From Octopus sinensis (taxonomy: Eukaryota), in the NCBI RefSeq assembly GCF_006345805.1, contig NC_043000.1, positions 28,644,001 to 28,708,000 of the forward strand: a DNA stretch of 64,000 nt. The letters are read 5' to 3'. The notes below the pieces were generated by a model. The model was not told the origin of the DNA. It saw only the letters and a program-made list of their open reading frames with translations, and searched no databases. This document shows positions 51,864-64,000 of this stretch, in pieces (position 1 is the stretch's first letter; each line of letters starts with the position of its first letter). The position numbers and the translations under genes are program-made.

Positions 51864-52935
51864 TGCGTAGAAGCCATACAAACAACATGTCAAATTTAAG
51901 AATTTCTTCGTGAGATTGAAAGAAGTTCTGAAGAGCCACAATAGATTTTTGACCGTTATTGCGGTCTCATCAGAGTTGGCTACATCACTTGACCAATTCC
52001 AAAGAAACAAGAAACCAATCTATTATATGCACATCAATTCACGTGGCTTCATATAATTGAAGTCATTAGTTTGTATTCTGTAATTGATTGATATTTTTCT
52101 TAATATCTGAGACCTGTCAGCAAGAAACCTAAACCCCACAGTAGCAAGGTATATTGTAATATAATATAAGTAAACCAACTTAAGGGCCATACAAATATAT
52201 CAACCAAATTCATTCAGAGATCAATGAACAGCCCAGAGTCAGAGTATAAAACACTTGCCCAAAAAGCCGTGCAGTAAAAATGAAACCCAAACCACAGGCT
52301 AAGGAAGCGAACTCCTTAACCACGAAATCAATTTATATTTGCTTTGTATTATTTTATTTTATTTTATTTTATTTTATTTTCTCTTATATCTGTTGTATTT
52401 CTTTTATCACTATTCAAAATCTTATTTCTCCTTTCAATGCAATCCGCAGAAAATCTAAACATTTGAAATTGTGATTGACGCTAGAAATATATAATTATTT
52501 TCGAATATAATAGATTATCTAAAACACACCGGGGAAAAAATGTACGAACAAGAGATTCGTTTGATTCACTAAATTTAAAATTGTACACAAAAGCCGAAGA
52601 TTTCTAGAAGACAATTTTGTAAGACAACGTTTACAGCATTGAGTCGACACGTATCGAACCACGAATGACAATGAAAGATGGGAAATAGGGAAAAAAGATT
52701 GCATGAAACATTGTTAAGTAAACGAGTTGCTGTTTAAAGACATAAGAATTGTTTTCTTTATTCACATGAAATGATTGCTGCACTTGTTTTTTCTTCTGCT
52801 TCTTTTTTAAATATTACCAATATTATCATCATTATTATTATTATTATTATTATCATTATTATTATTATTATTATCATTATTGTTATTATTATGATCATTA
52901 TTATTATTATTATGATCATTATTATTATCATTATT

Positions 52936-52971
<36 letters not shown>

Positions 52972-53925
52972 ATTATTATTGATGTTGTTGCTGTTGTTGA
53001 AAGATTCTGATCTTTATAACAATATTGCGTTTCTTTAATTTCTGTAAATATGTATTGTATTAAAATAAGATGGCTTATTTGTATTATAATATTTCGACAG
53101 AAGCCACCAGCGTTTTCCCTAAAGACACTAACAATTAAAAAAAATAAAAAAAGAAAAAGAATAAGAAAAAAGACGCAGAAGATAATGAAGAACATTTCGT
53201 GTTTCTATAAAGAAATATCCCCAAACTTCCTATTTTAAAATAAGCTCAAGTATTTTGTGCCCAGCAAAACCGATTGCCTTCAGGCTTCCAATATTACATC
53301 AACTGTAGAATAAACCTGAAAATATCGGTATTTAATTTCTTTGTCTTTTTTGTTTTGTTTTGTTGTTTTTTTCTTTTGTTTTGTTTTCTTTTTTGTAGTT
53401 TCGAATTTGAACATGCATTTACAATTACTAAAATCGTCTTGAATCGATCAAATGGTATTAATACGTTGAAAGTATAAGAACCTTTTGTGAAAATAAATGA
53501 TGTTTTAAAGCTTTCTTCGTGAAATAGTTTTCCAGAATTTTAGGGATTTTTTCTCCCTTTTCTATTGTGTTTTTATTGTTAAATATAGCAGTTACACGTT
53601 AAATAATTAATTCGAACTCTTTAGGCTCAATGGCGGTTGTTTTTTATACATTTCTATATTTATTTCTTCCTAAAAAAATACAGGACATATCTGTGATTGT
53701 GTCGGAGATTTTTAAATACAGTGATTTAAAAATCTGAGCTCTTACTGATTATGTCTTAGTAATAAAATATCTGGACAATATTTCTAGCTAATAATAGTAA
53801 AGTAAAAATGGCTGCATATTTGATCTCTGAATACAAAATGGTAAGCTTAAAATGTTAAAGGTAGTGAGGTTACAGATTTATGTTCCACTAAAGAATGTTG
53901 TTTCATTAGAGGTATTGGAAAGTAA

Positions 53926-54341
53926 CGATCTTTTCCGTTTGAACGGCAGTTTTTTAAAATAATTTCCACGTGACTAAACACTTTTAAACTTCGTATACTG
54001 GTAGAATGTGTTTATAAAACATTTTTTCTCTTGGCTTTATTCTATAGTTTGTAAGATATTTGTTGTTGTTTTTTTTTTCTTCAATTTCTGCAATTTCAAC
54101 CAATGAGTGACGTCTATTGAGGTGAAAACATTCTGTGCCGTATGAATACGTCCCACGTTTAAGAAACAGATTGGGTTTATTTACATTTCTGAAGAAAAAA
54201 ATACCATTCCCCCCACCCCTAACCCTAACCCTAACCCTAAAACAGATTGAAATGCAATAGATCGATACTAGGGTCATAATTATGGGCGACAATTTCATAT
54301 GACACCGCTAGAAAAAACTGCCGTTCAAACCGAAAAGATCC
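53926..54341. mobile_element. MITE with 29-bp TIRs carrying internal (TAACCC)n
   Basis: gatcttttccgtttgaacggcagtttttt (53927-53955) and aaaaaactgccgttcaaaccgaaaagatc (54312-54340). Confidence 0.85.
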
Positions 54342-55189
54342 TAGTGTTTCATTAGAGGTATTGGAAAGTAAATCTACTGATTGAATATTCCTAGTTCAAA
54401 ATAGCTTGATGGAATTTTCCGGCTGCTGAAAAATTTCTCTTACTATGATAAAAAAGAATATTTTCAACTATTTCATAGTATTAAGCAGTGTAACATATCA
54501 ACTTGTTGATACGTTGTAGTATTTGCTCAATAGAATCTGAAACTTTTAAACTGTTTTGTCCATTCAAAAAACGTACACTTAAAAAATACTCCCGGCAAAG
54601 TGGAAGAGAGAAACATTAGGAACATAATTACATCAAATACTGCCTTACAAATACTTAGAAATTCATGAAGTAGTTAGATACATAATAGAGTAGGTAGACA
54701 CGAGCAAATGAAAGAAAAGCTTAAGAAAGATGGTGGTAGACATATTCAAATAATATTTATAACACAATTGAATGCAAAATCAGTTTAAGGTGTCACTATT
54801 TTACTGTCACAGTAATAAATTATAATAATAATTATTAAACGCTCAAATAATTTAGCTGGATTAAACGCTCAAATAATTTAGCTGGACTAGGCACGATAAC
54901 GAAGTAATGACTGCATTTAGAAAGCACCAGCTAAATATTTGACTGAAAGATTAATCTTAACATAGATGAAGTGGGAGTATTATCATTAGATATCTACCGT
55001 GAGAAGATATGGAAAACCAATACAAATAGCTACAAAATTTGAACAGTACCAAAGCCTGTTTTCTGTCTTAAAGCAAGGCTGATGTAGCAAACATTCCTTC
55101 AGAGAAAGGTGGGAAGGACATCAGAAATGGTAACACAAAACTAGACACGACGCTGAAGACGGGGTTTGCAAAATGTCATACTAAAGAAT

Positions 55190-55430
55190 GGTTCAATTCA
55201 ATTCAATTCAATTTTTATTGGCTCAAAAAGCAAAAGCAAGGCCATGTAGGGGAACAGGGTGTTATGTAGAGGGAGGGTGGTCATACAAAGAGTTCAGGCC
55301 ATTTCTGGTCAACAGAGACTTTGAACCGAGCGGTCGTCGGCATCTTCACTATCTCGTCCGGCAGCTTATTCCACGGATCTGCAACCCGGACGGAGAAACC
55401 CCCCTCTCCTTCGATTGAGATGAAATCATC
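55190..55430 (-). mobile_element. CR1-clade LINE 3' end with (AATTG)n tail
   Basis: RFHLNRRR..SVRVADPWNKLPDEIVKMPTTARFKVSVD, then a 3' UTR and a pentamer tail. Confidence 0.88.
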
Positions 55431-55599
55431 GTTGAGCTTTTCGGAGGAAAAATTTCGGAGGAAAAATTCATAATATTAGCTGAGATGCGCTGAACACAAA
55501 GCGGAAGCAAAGCCGAAACTGATATTAATATCGATAGAAGATCAAAGCTCTTTCTCTTAAAAACTTCGAGAATTATTTAGTGAAGCAGAATATTTTGTG

Positions 55600-55940
55600 T
55601 AACTACAGAATGTGTGAAAGTCGACAGGACACACTTAATTCCATTGTCTCTGAATGCCTAGTCATATCCAAGAGAAAATGCATCTACATGAGTGGCATGG
55701 TTGGGGTTTTCATACACAGAATATTATCTGAGATGAAAACAATCAGCTTGGTATTGATATGGTCAAGGTTTAATAGGAAACAATGTGGACTTCGGATGAA
55801 TTATCAGTTGCAACAGACGATAATGTGTCTCTAGATGAGACAGATATAAAGGGAAGAAAGCAGATATATGTAAAAACCTGGAAATAGAAATGAACTGAAT
55901 ATGGGAATGGAAAACAGAAATAGTTTCGCTAATAATTTCC
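55600..55940 (+). pseudogene. Old R4/Dong relic (CCHC/RLE region)
   Basis: YRMCESRQDTLNSIVSECLVISKRK aligns with CRICGDGQETINHIISGCPVLAKKK. Confidence 0.6.
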
Positions 55941-55948
55941 ACCTGTAA

Positions 55949-56122
55949 GCGCAAGCGTGGCTATGGGGTAAGAAGCTTGCTTCCCAACCACATTGTTCTG
56001 GATTCAGTCCAACAGCGTGACACATTGAGCAATAATTTCTACTGTAGCGACAGGCCGAACAAAACCTTGTGAATGGATTTGTTGGACGGAAATTGAAAGA
56101 AGCCAGTCGCATATATGTGTTT

Positions 56123-56202
<80 letters not shown>

Positions 56203-56455
56203 GTGTATTATTTATGTATATGTTTGTCCTTGTGTCTGTGTGTGTGTATTTGTCCCCGACCACTGCTTGACAACCAATGTTGGTGTTTACGTCCCTGTAA
56301 CTTAGCGGTCCGCAAAAGAATGTCCCATTGAATAAGTTCCAGCCTTTAAAAAGATAGGTTCTGGGTCGATTCATTCGACTAAAAATTCTTCAAGGTGTTA
56401 CCCCAGCATGGCCGCAGTCTAATTTACTGAAACAAGTAAAAGGATAAAAGATAAA
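55949..56455 (+). mobile_element. SINE type d, full length, diverged
   Basis: Colinear with 21597-21990. Further fragments at about 24715-24960, 26895-27060, 30150-30400, 32265-32430, 36865-37000 and 44720-44850. Confidence 0.85.
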
Positions 56456-56579
56456 ACTAAAATTTCATGAAGTTAGATACATCTACAAAACCCTCATCAC
56501 TTATAATTACGCACGACATACACAGAAGGCATGTCCTGCTATACAATTCACTCATATCACGTAGAATACACTCAATGTA

Positions 56580-56950
56580 TTGAATTGTCCGGAAAGTTCG
56601 TGCCGATTTTTAAAGGAAAGAAAAAGGTCAATAAATACTTGCCATTACATTTTTAATCAACCAAATATGAACCATTTTGTAGCACAATGCGTCTCCATCT
56701 TTCCATTAACTTGAAAATACCCTCTTCCCAGAATTGAGGTGGTTTCATGGCAAAGAATTCATCAATGTATCTTTTTACGTCATCCAAGGAATTTAAACGT
56801 TTTCCATTAAGACTATTCTGCAGAGACCTGAATAAGTAGAAATCCGAAGGAGCAATATCTGGTGAATATGGAGGGTGGGATAACACATCCCAGTCGAGCT
56901 GCAGCAATTTTTGTCTGGTTCCCAAAGCATCAAGTGCCGAAAATGTTAGG
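56580..56950 (-). mobile_element. mariner (DD34D) transposon 3' end with TIR
   Basis: HPPYSPDIAPSDFYLFRSLQNSL...LMERWRRIVLQNGSYLVD*; terminus ta|ttgaattgtccggaaagttcgtgccg. Confidence 0.9.
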
Positions 56951-58049
56951 GCACCATTAACGTTTTCTTCAAATGCGGCCATGTTAGGGCTCCGCCTTGA
57001 AGTGTTTTGGTAGAACAAATTCATCCAAGTACTCTCTTGTTTTTACTTTTGAAGAAAGGTACCTATATCGACATTTTCTTGTCGGATCACTAAGTCACAG
57101 AGACGTAAAGAAGCCTACATCGGTTAGCAAGCGATGTAGGGAGAAAATGCAGAAAATGTCACGCGCACACACACTCACACATACACACACATACACACAC
57201 ACACACACAACAAACATACAGCGGAACCACGTGGTTGCAAAACCATAAAAGTTTCTTTCGAGCTATTACATTCAGGTTTCCAGAAGATCATTACTTACGT
57301 GAATTACACAAGTTACAAATTACAATCAAGATTTGAAACCGGTTCGAAGATTCGACGGATGAAGAGAGATTAATTCTGTCTCTACAAGTGACACCATTAA
57401 AATAGAATTAGAAATATTTATCGCAAAAACTTTACCAAAGTGTTTGCCTTAAGTCTTTGAGTAAACAAGAAAAGATTTTCAGATGATTATATATTACAAA
57501 GCTAATTTTGTACAAATAAGATGATTTACTATCGTCTGTCGACTTAATGTTTGTCTAGCGATGAATTTATTTACTTTCTCATAAATTTAAGATATTTATT
57601 TTATGTATTTACCAAAAGGTCACAATCAAGTGATTTTCTGTTAAATGACATCCATCATCAACGTTGAAATATTTCGCACTGACAAGGGCTTGTAAAAAAC
57701 CTGAGCCTAAACACTGTTATTACTCAGGATGGTTTTTCTTTTACGGCCCCACGATAAGATGGATGTTTTAAATAATGGCTTCGCTAATATTCGTACGTCT
57801 CCTGAATTTGTCTTATATTTCTAATGGGTGTATGTTATTTTCGCTCACTAATATATGAACGAACGTACACACCCATACACACACACATACAACACATACA
57901 CACGCACAAGTGTGCGTGTGTGGTGGGGAGAGGGCTTATGTGTGTGTGAGATTATAAACGTGTGTGAATGCGTATATACAAGCGTGTGCATATGTGATGC
58001 AGTTCATGAAATTTGGTAGACATTTATATAGATAAATTGATATATACAT

Positions 58050-58066
58050 AGGCAGGCAGGCAGACT

Positions 58067-58108
<42 letters not shown>

Positions 58109-58120
58109 TAGATAGATAGC

Positions 58121-58164
<44 letters not shown>

Positions 58165-58277
58165 CAGAGAGACAGACATACAGACAGGCAGGCACGCACG
58201 CAGATAGACAGACAGGCAGGCATAGTGACAGACAGACAGACAGACAGACAGCTAGATAGACAGACAGACAGACAGAC

Positions 58278-58354
<77 letters not shown>

Positions 58355-58442
58355 CAGAGAGACAGACATACAGACAGGCAGGCACGCACGCAGATAGACA
58401 GACAGGCAGGCATAGTGACATACAGACAGACAGACAGACAGC

Positions 58443-58494
<52 letters not shown>

Positions 58495-58647
58495 TAGATA
58501 GATAGATAGATAGATAGACAGAGAGACAGACATACAGACAGGCAGGCACGCACGCAGATAGACAGACAGGCAGGCATACTGACAGACAGACAGACAGACA
58601 GCTAGATAGATAGACAGATAGACAGACAGACAGACAGACAGATAGAC

Positions 58648-58702
<55 letters not shown>
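58050..58702. repeat. (GACA)/(GATA)n tract with a three-copy higher-order unit
   Basis: gacagagagacagacatacagacaggcaggcacgcacgcag recurs at 58163, 58353 and 58517. Confidence 0.92.
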
Positions 58703-58744
58703 GTTAGATTTGAAATTTCACCGCGAGCTGCCTTCTTCCGATAA

Positions 58745-60180
58745 ACCCGGCATACGTGTCTAACTTAATAACACTTCCTGACAACCTGCTAAGTTGTCTT
58801 TTAAGTTATGTGATGCCATGCATCATCTAAGTAATAAGTTCTTTGATAACTGAAATGTACCCCGCTAAAGTGGCTTATCTGATATCTCTTGAAGAAATCT
58901 ATTCAGATATCTCTTGAAGGTGATGTGCTGTTTTTCTTGTTTGTTTTGAGATAATGTAAAGTAGAGAAGGGCTCTATGTATTGTGGGCCTTGGGGGAATT
59001 CTCAATTTGATGTCAGCGTCTTCTGAACAATGCTGGTGGTATATTTTCCACGTTGTGCAAATGGGATAGCGCTCACGGCAACGGCGGAGAGTATAAGGAT
59101 TCAACGTTTTAAGGCGGTCCCAATAATGAAGCTCAGCCAAGCCTTATATTTTTATACCGATCGTTCTATAGGGTACTTCAGGTCTCATAATGTTTTGATT
59201 CGTATGGAAAGATAACAGGAGGCAGCACTGTTCTAGTTGTAGCCATACAAAGTCGGGGGAAGATGAATAATGACATCTGGCTCTCTGGAACAGAAAATTT
59301 TGATGATCCAGGAACTCATCTTGCGAGCCGTATTATTTGATATCAAGAGTAGTTCTAAAGAAAGAGAATATGATTGTTTGAGGGCAGTCTCTTTTCTAAA
59401 GACCATGAGTTCAAAATATCTCTCATTTAACAGCATGTTTTTTCGTCCGCCCATTTGGCTCGAGCATGGAGATCAGAATGGAGTTTAGTTCCGTCATTTT
59501 CTCCATTGATATCTGCAAATAATTTTATTTTGTTATGCTTGTTGACATTTGAGATGTTATTTATATGGACTATAAAATGAAGTAGACTCAAAACAGTATT
59601 GATATTTGCAGGATTTGTGTAGATTCCATCTATCAGAACTTGTTGAGTTCTGTTCACAAGCAGTTTACCTCAGATTCCAATACTGGATAATTAACAGAAG
59701 AATGTTATGGTCGGCTTTGTCTAAGGCGTTGCTGGAGTTAAGATATATAATATCAGATTTCGAACTTGATACCAAACCCTTGAGGACATTATTGTTGCGA
59801 TGTAAAATCTGTGTCAGCCAGTCTCTGCCGCAACCGAAGCCATGCTGGTTGGAATTTAGGAAACTGTTATTCCCAAGGACGCCAGTTATCCTTGATCTCA
59901 CCAACGTATCAAACAATTTGATGATGTGAGAGGTCAGTGAGATTGGGCGATAGTTAACAGCAAGAGATTTGTTTCCTGTTTTGAAAACTAGAATGATAGA
60001 TTTGAATAAGAAGTGTTTCGATATATAACCTGTCTAAAGACTTTTTCCAACGGTTAGTTACAGGGAAGGCGAGGTTTTGTTTGAATTCTTCCAAAGGAAT
60101 CTTTCACGGCCAACTGCAGATAGTACTTCGCTTCATTTATTGCTGTGATGTCTGAGACAGTGAAAGTTCTGCTAGAAATA
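58745..60180 (-). pseudogene. CR1-clade LINE relic (RT to 3' end)
   Basis: NSNQHGFG, DIIYLNSSNALDKADH, IKLFAD and YWDRLKTLNPYTLRRCRERY. Confidence 0.8.
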
Positions 60181-60242
60181 ACATGTCGGTGATTCAGTGC
60201 ATAGAAATAGCTTACTTCAGTATATATATGTATGTATGCGTG

Positions 60243-60280
<38 letters not shown>

Positions 60281-60284
60281 CGTG

Positions 60285-60346
<62 letters not shown>

Positions 60347-60879
60347 TGTGTATGTGTACAGTGGAAAAGGCTAACCACTGGATTTGGTTAAAAAGAGATG
60401 ATGAGCAATGGCTAGAAGAACTTTGAGCTATATATGGTAACCAGTTTATCTAGCAAGCGGGCTCTCATGTAAGTGAAAGCGGCTGACGAGAAGTAGGACC
60501 CGAAACGGTGCGAATTCTCTCCTGATGACATCATACACTTACTGGCTTCCGGTAGGCAGAGCTTTCGACTGGTAGCACTAACATGTGTAAGTTGTTTACA
60601 AAACACCCACACGCATATATAACCATATATTCAATGTGTATGTCTTTGTGTATGTTTGTGTGTGTATAAGAAACTCGTCAGCAAAATAAATTCATTGCTT
60701 TTATAGTAATGTATGGAGATTTGTTGTGGTTTATATAAAGAGAATGAAGTTGTGAATCTATATCGGCAACTCAGTTATAAACCACAATCTTCAAAACTTA
60801 ATGATGATCCCTGTCTGAAAAAGTCACCAAGTAAATAAACTTCGCAAATTTTCTATTCCTAAGAAAGCCAGACGTTTCG

Positions 60880-61600
60880 AGCAAAACTATCCGTCAGGCA
60901 AAATATTTTTAATTTTCGTAGCATTGAGAATTTCGATCTGAATAATATGCGGTGGAAAATAACAAGTAGGAGAAACAGGGAAGTTCAAGATGAATTACCA
61001 GGTAAAATGGCTGTTTTGTAAGTCAGAAAAGAAAGAAATGGAGTAAGAATCAAAAGAAGCAATGATACAGTGAGAGTGTCTTTGAAAAAAAGTGTTGAAA
61101 ATTTTAACTAAGGATCGAAAATAGAAAAATATTATTAAAGTGTTGAGCAAGTTTCCCTCGCTTTAGTGGATTTAAAATGGATATTAAAAAGTATTATCAA
61201 AGAGATTACAAGTCTTTGAGATGAGAGCAGATCGAAGAGTTTTGAGAATAACATGGAGAGAACATAAAACTAATGATAAATGGTAAAAAATGAGAACATG
61301 TTAATGGAGACCTTCAAAGAGAGGAAACTAAAATATTTTGGATAATTAATTAGAAAAGAAATTCAATGCACAGACCGTTTAAAAAAAGGGTAAAATTAAG
61401 GGCAACAGAGGAAGGGAAAAAAACTAAAGACCGGACGATTAATATCAAATATTGGACAGATATAAAATACAACGAATGTATAAGGACGACACAACGAAGA
61501 CTGATATGGTGATCCATGACGATAGTTGATGAGGGTAAATAGAAGGTGAGTGTCTGAATATCAAAGGAAGTATGTGGTGGCAAAATAGTAATGTATGTAA
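60880..61600 (+). pseudogene. Decayed RTE-clade LINE C-terminal region
   Basis: RLQVFEMRADRRVLRITWREHKTN...ERKLKYFG pattern across frameshifts. Confidence 0.65.
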
Positions 61601-61880
61601 AGAGGAAGAGTTATAAAACTAAAGTGAAGCAAAGAATGTTTTCAATATAAGGGTGGAGGTTTGGCGGAAGCATTAGGGAGCCCAACAGGACACTTTGTAA
61701 TATTTATTTACTTGATTTTACGTTGTGAGTTCACTTCCTGGCGAAAAGGATTCTGCTTTTCATCTTTCTGAGATTTATGAAACGAGTACCAGGAGAGTAT
61801 TAGAATAAATTTACTCGACTATAACCTCCCAAAGTTTGTAGCCTAGTACTAATTTTCTAGGTACGTGTGTGATTAGATAA

Positions 61881-61971
<91 letters not shown>

Positions 61972-61972
<1 letters not shown>

Positions 61973-62729
61973 AACTTACTTGTAAATGGATGAGTGGCGT
62001 TCGATCATATAATAACATAAATAATATATAAACATATGCATATATACATACATATATGTACATACCTACATCTATATGAATATATACATGCATATATGGG
62101 TACAGGACACCAAAAAAAACGTTGAACACAATGAGAAACGAAAACATAAAAACAAAAACATGGAAACGAACTTTTTTCAAACAACGAAACAACAGAGTAA
62201 AAAACATACAACACAAGGAATATTCCCCTTCTTCAGTTGTCCCTGTTTCATCTACTCCGCGTTCGAAGGTAAGGACAAGACGCGACTTCGTTGAAAAAGT
62301 CCTTCCCGCAAAGCAAATTAGATAAGATTTGGGATTTTTTGCGGAGGGGTAAAATTGGTAACAAAAACAGGACAGTAAATAACAAAACAAGACAGTAAAA
62401 ACATTACAAATAAAAACAGTAAAAGACAGGACAAGGGGAATAACACAGTAAAAACAAACGATGATGGATGTTAAGCCAAGACGATGAGAAAATTATTTTG
62501 AACGCATTGAGGGGACAGCTTATGAGAAGGACAGGATAAGCCGTCTTGACTCGTTGAAGATAGCAGTCGAAAAGATGACTTCCCTCTGGTCACGTGTTAG
62601 AGACGAGAGGGAGGAGGAGCACTGTGTTCAACGTTTTTTTTTTTTGGTGTCCTGTACCCATATATGCATGTATATATACATATAGATGTAGCTATGTACA
62701 TATATGTTTGTATATATTACTTTTGTTAT

Positions 62730-62730
<1 letters not shown>
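61972..62730 (-). mobile_element. Putative Penelope-like element with a 5' inverted arm, embedded in (GATA)n
   Basis: Arms 62011-62130 and 62623-62730; (GATA)n at about 61880-61971 and 62731-62826; same 3' terminus as the 31102 copy. Confidence 0.6.
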
Positions 62731-62827
<97 letters not shown>

Positions 62828-63104
62828 CATTCATACATATCTCAAAAGTAAACAGACACTATTATTTTTGAAAGATTTCTTTCTAGAAAATAAAATGTCA
62901 TTTGCGACATTTAAATAATACTTAATCTAGAATTTAGTAGACATGCAGTGTGCAGTTTTTTAATGATTTAACCCATTTGGGCGTCATACTAATGATAAGT
63001 GTCCATACAAATGAAACAATGTAATTAGGGTTGTCTTTTTACTTTTGAAATATCTGTGTATACATACACACATATACGCATATGTTGCTACATATATATA
63101 GAAA

Positions 63105-63140
<36 letters not shown>

Positions 63141-63224
63141 CATATTTATATGTGTGTGTGTTGTGTGTATGTGTGTTTGTGTGTGCATGTGTATGTATGT
63201 TTATCTATATATATATGTAGCAAC

Positions 63225-63274
<50 letters not shown>

Positions 63275-64000
63275 ATATATACATATATATGTATATGTCG
63301 CGTGTATGTATTTCTGCATATATGTTTGTGATATGTGCTTGTACGTACGTGACTGTCTGTATTTATGTCTACACTCATCCGACAACTGTTTATCTTTAGT
63401 TCCTTTATCACCCGTAGGCTAGCGCTTTTGACAGTTAGAAATCGATAAAAGAAGTACCAAACTGAAACATAAACTCGAGTCGATTTAACCGACTTGAATT
63501 CTTGTAGGTCGAGCGCCAACACGGACAAAGTCAACTGACTGAAACCAGAAGATAATAACAGAAATAAAGAATTAAAGAAGATATGCTAAAAAATATTGTA
63601 AAACCGACATTGAAGTATGATTATGAGGAGTAAGTTAGACACGAATTATAAAAAGATAAGATGATTATAATTTGGCTACATTTTGGATTATAAAAATGTT
63701 TTTCTTAGAATAATAATAGATAAATGATTACAGAAAATTAAGTGACAGAGCCAGAAGTGTTCCATTTTAAAGGAAGCGAAAAAGAGCAAAAAAAGGAAGC
63801 ACGAGAAATATAAGAGAAACATTTTGTGTAATATGTCTGTATGGAAACTGTAAAATATGAAGATGGAAGACAGCTTGGTTCTTGTGTATAGTAAAATTTT
63901 CTGTAATATTCTCCTCGCTCTCTTTTCTTTTTTACACTAGGCACAAGGCCCGATAATTTGGGGGAGGGAGCCAGTCGATTAGATCGACCCCAGTACACCA

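Noticed and set aside
51868-52056. Open frame [26 protein letters not shown]...
   Set aside because: No convincing acceptor or recognisable homology.
54195-54245. True telomere or chromosome-fusion scar
   Set aside because: Only about 3.5 units, lying inside a TIR-bounded element.
53929-54344. Helitron interpretation (a|TC ... CTAG|t) of the MITE
   Set aside because: 29-bp terminal inverted repeats and the lack of a distinct subterminal hairpin favour a TIR element; not fully excluded.
54834-54886. 26-bp exact tandem duplication
   Set aside because: Ordinary slippage duplication.

Overview
AT-rich eukaryotic DNA, almost entirely repeats, with no recognisable host protein-coding gene and at most a weak candidate exon. 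The SINE families, microsatellite density and LINE types resemble a coleoid cephalopod (Octopus-like) genome; this is an inference. Most short ORFs in the track are translated microsatellites. Real content: (i) two L1/Tx1-clade LINE families. Family A has three copies that each end at (GATA)n. Family C is one full-length 5.4 kb copy inserted, with a 9-bp target-site duplication (TSD), into the tRNA-derived head of a SINE. (ii) R4/Dong-type LINEs with a restriction-like endonuclease, lying in (AAT)n. (iii) RTE and CR1 relics, Tc1/mariner, maT-like and Chapaev3-like DNA transposon relics, and several MITEs. (iv) At least five tRNA-derived SINE types with shuffled modules. (v) Penelope-like elements with inverted arms, and degenerate hammerhead-like cores. 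The most interesting candidate system is a Tx1-LINE / CORE-SINE partnership: the SINE 3' tail matches the 3' ends of both Tx1 families. It sits alongside several retroelements that appear to use microsatellites and SINE heads as landing sites. All alignments and counts were done by eye, and no database search was run.
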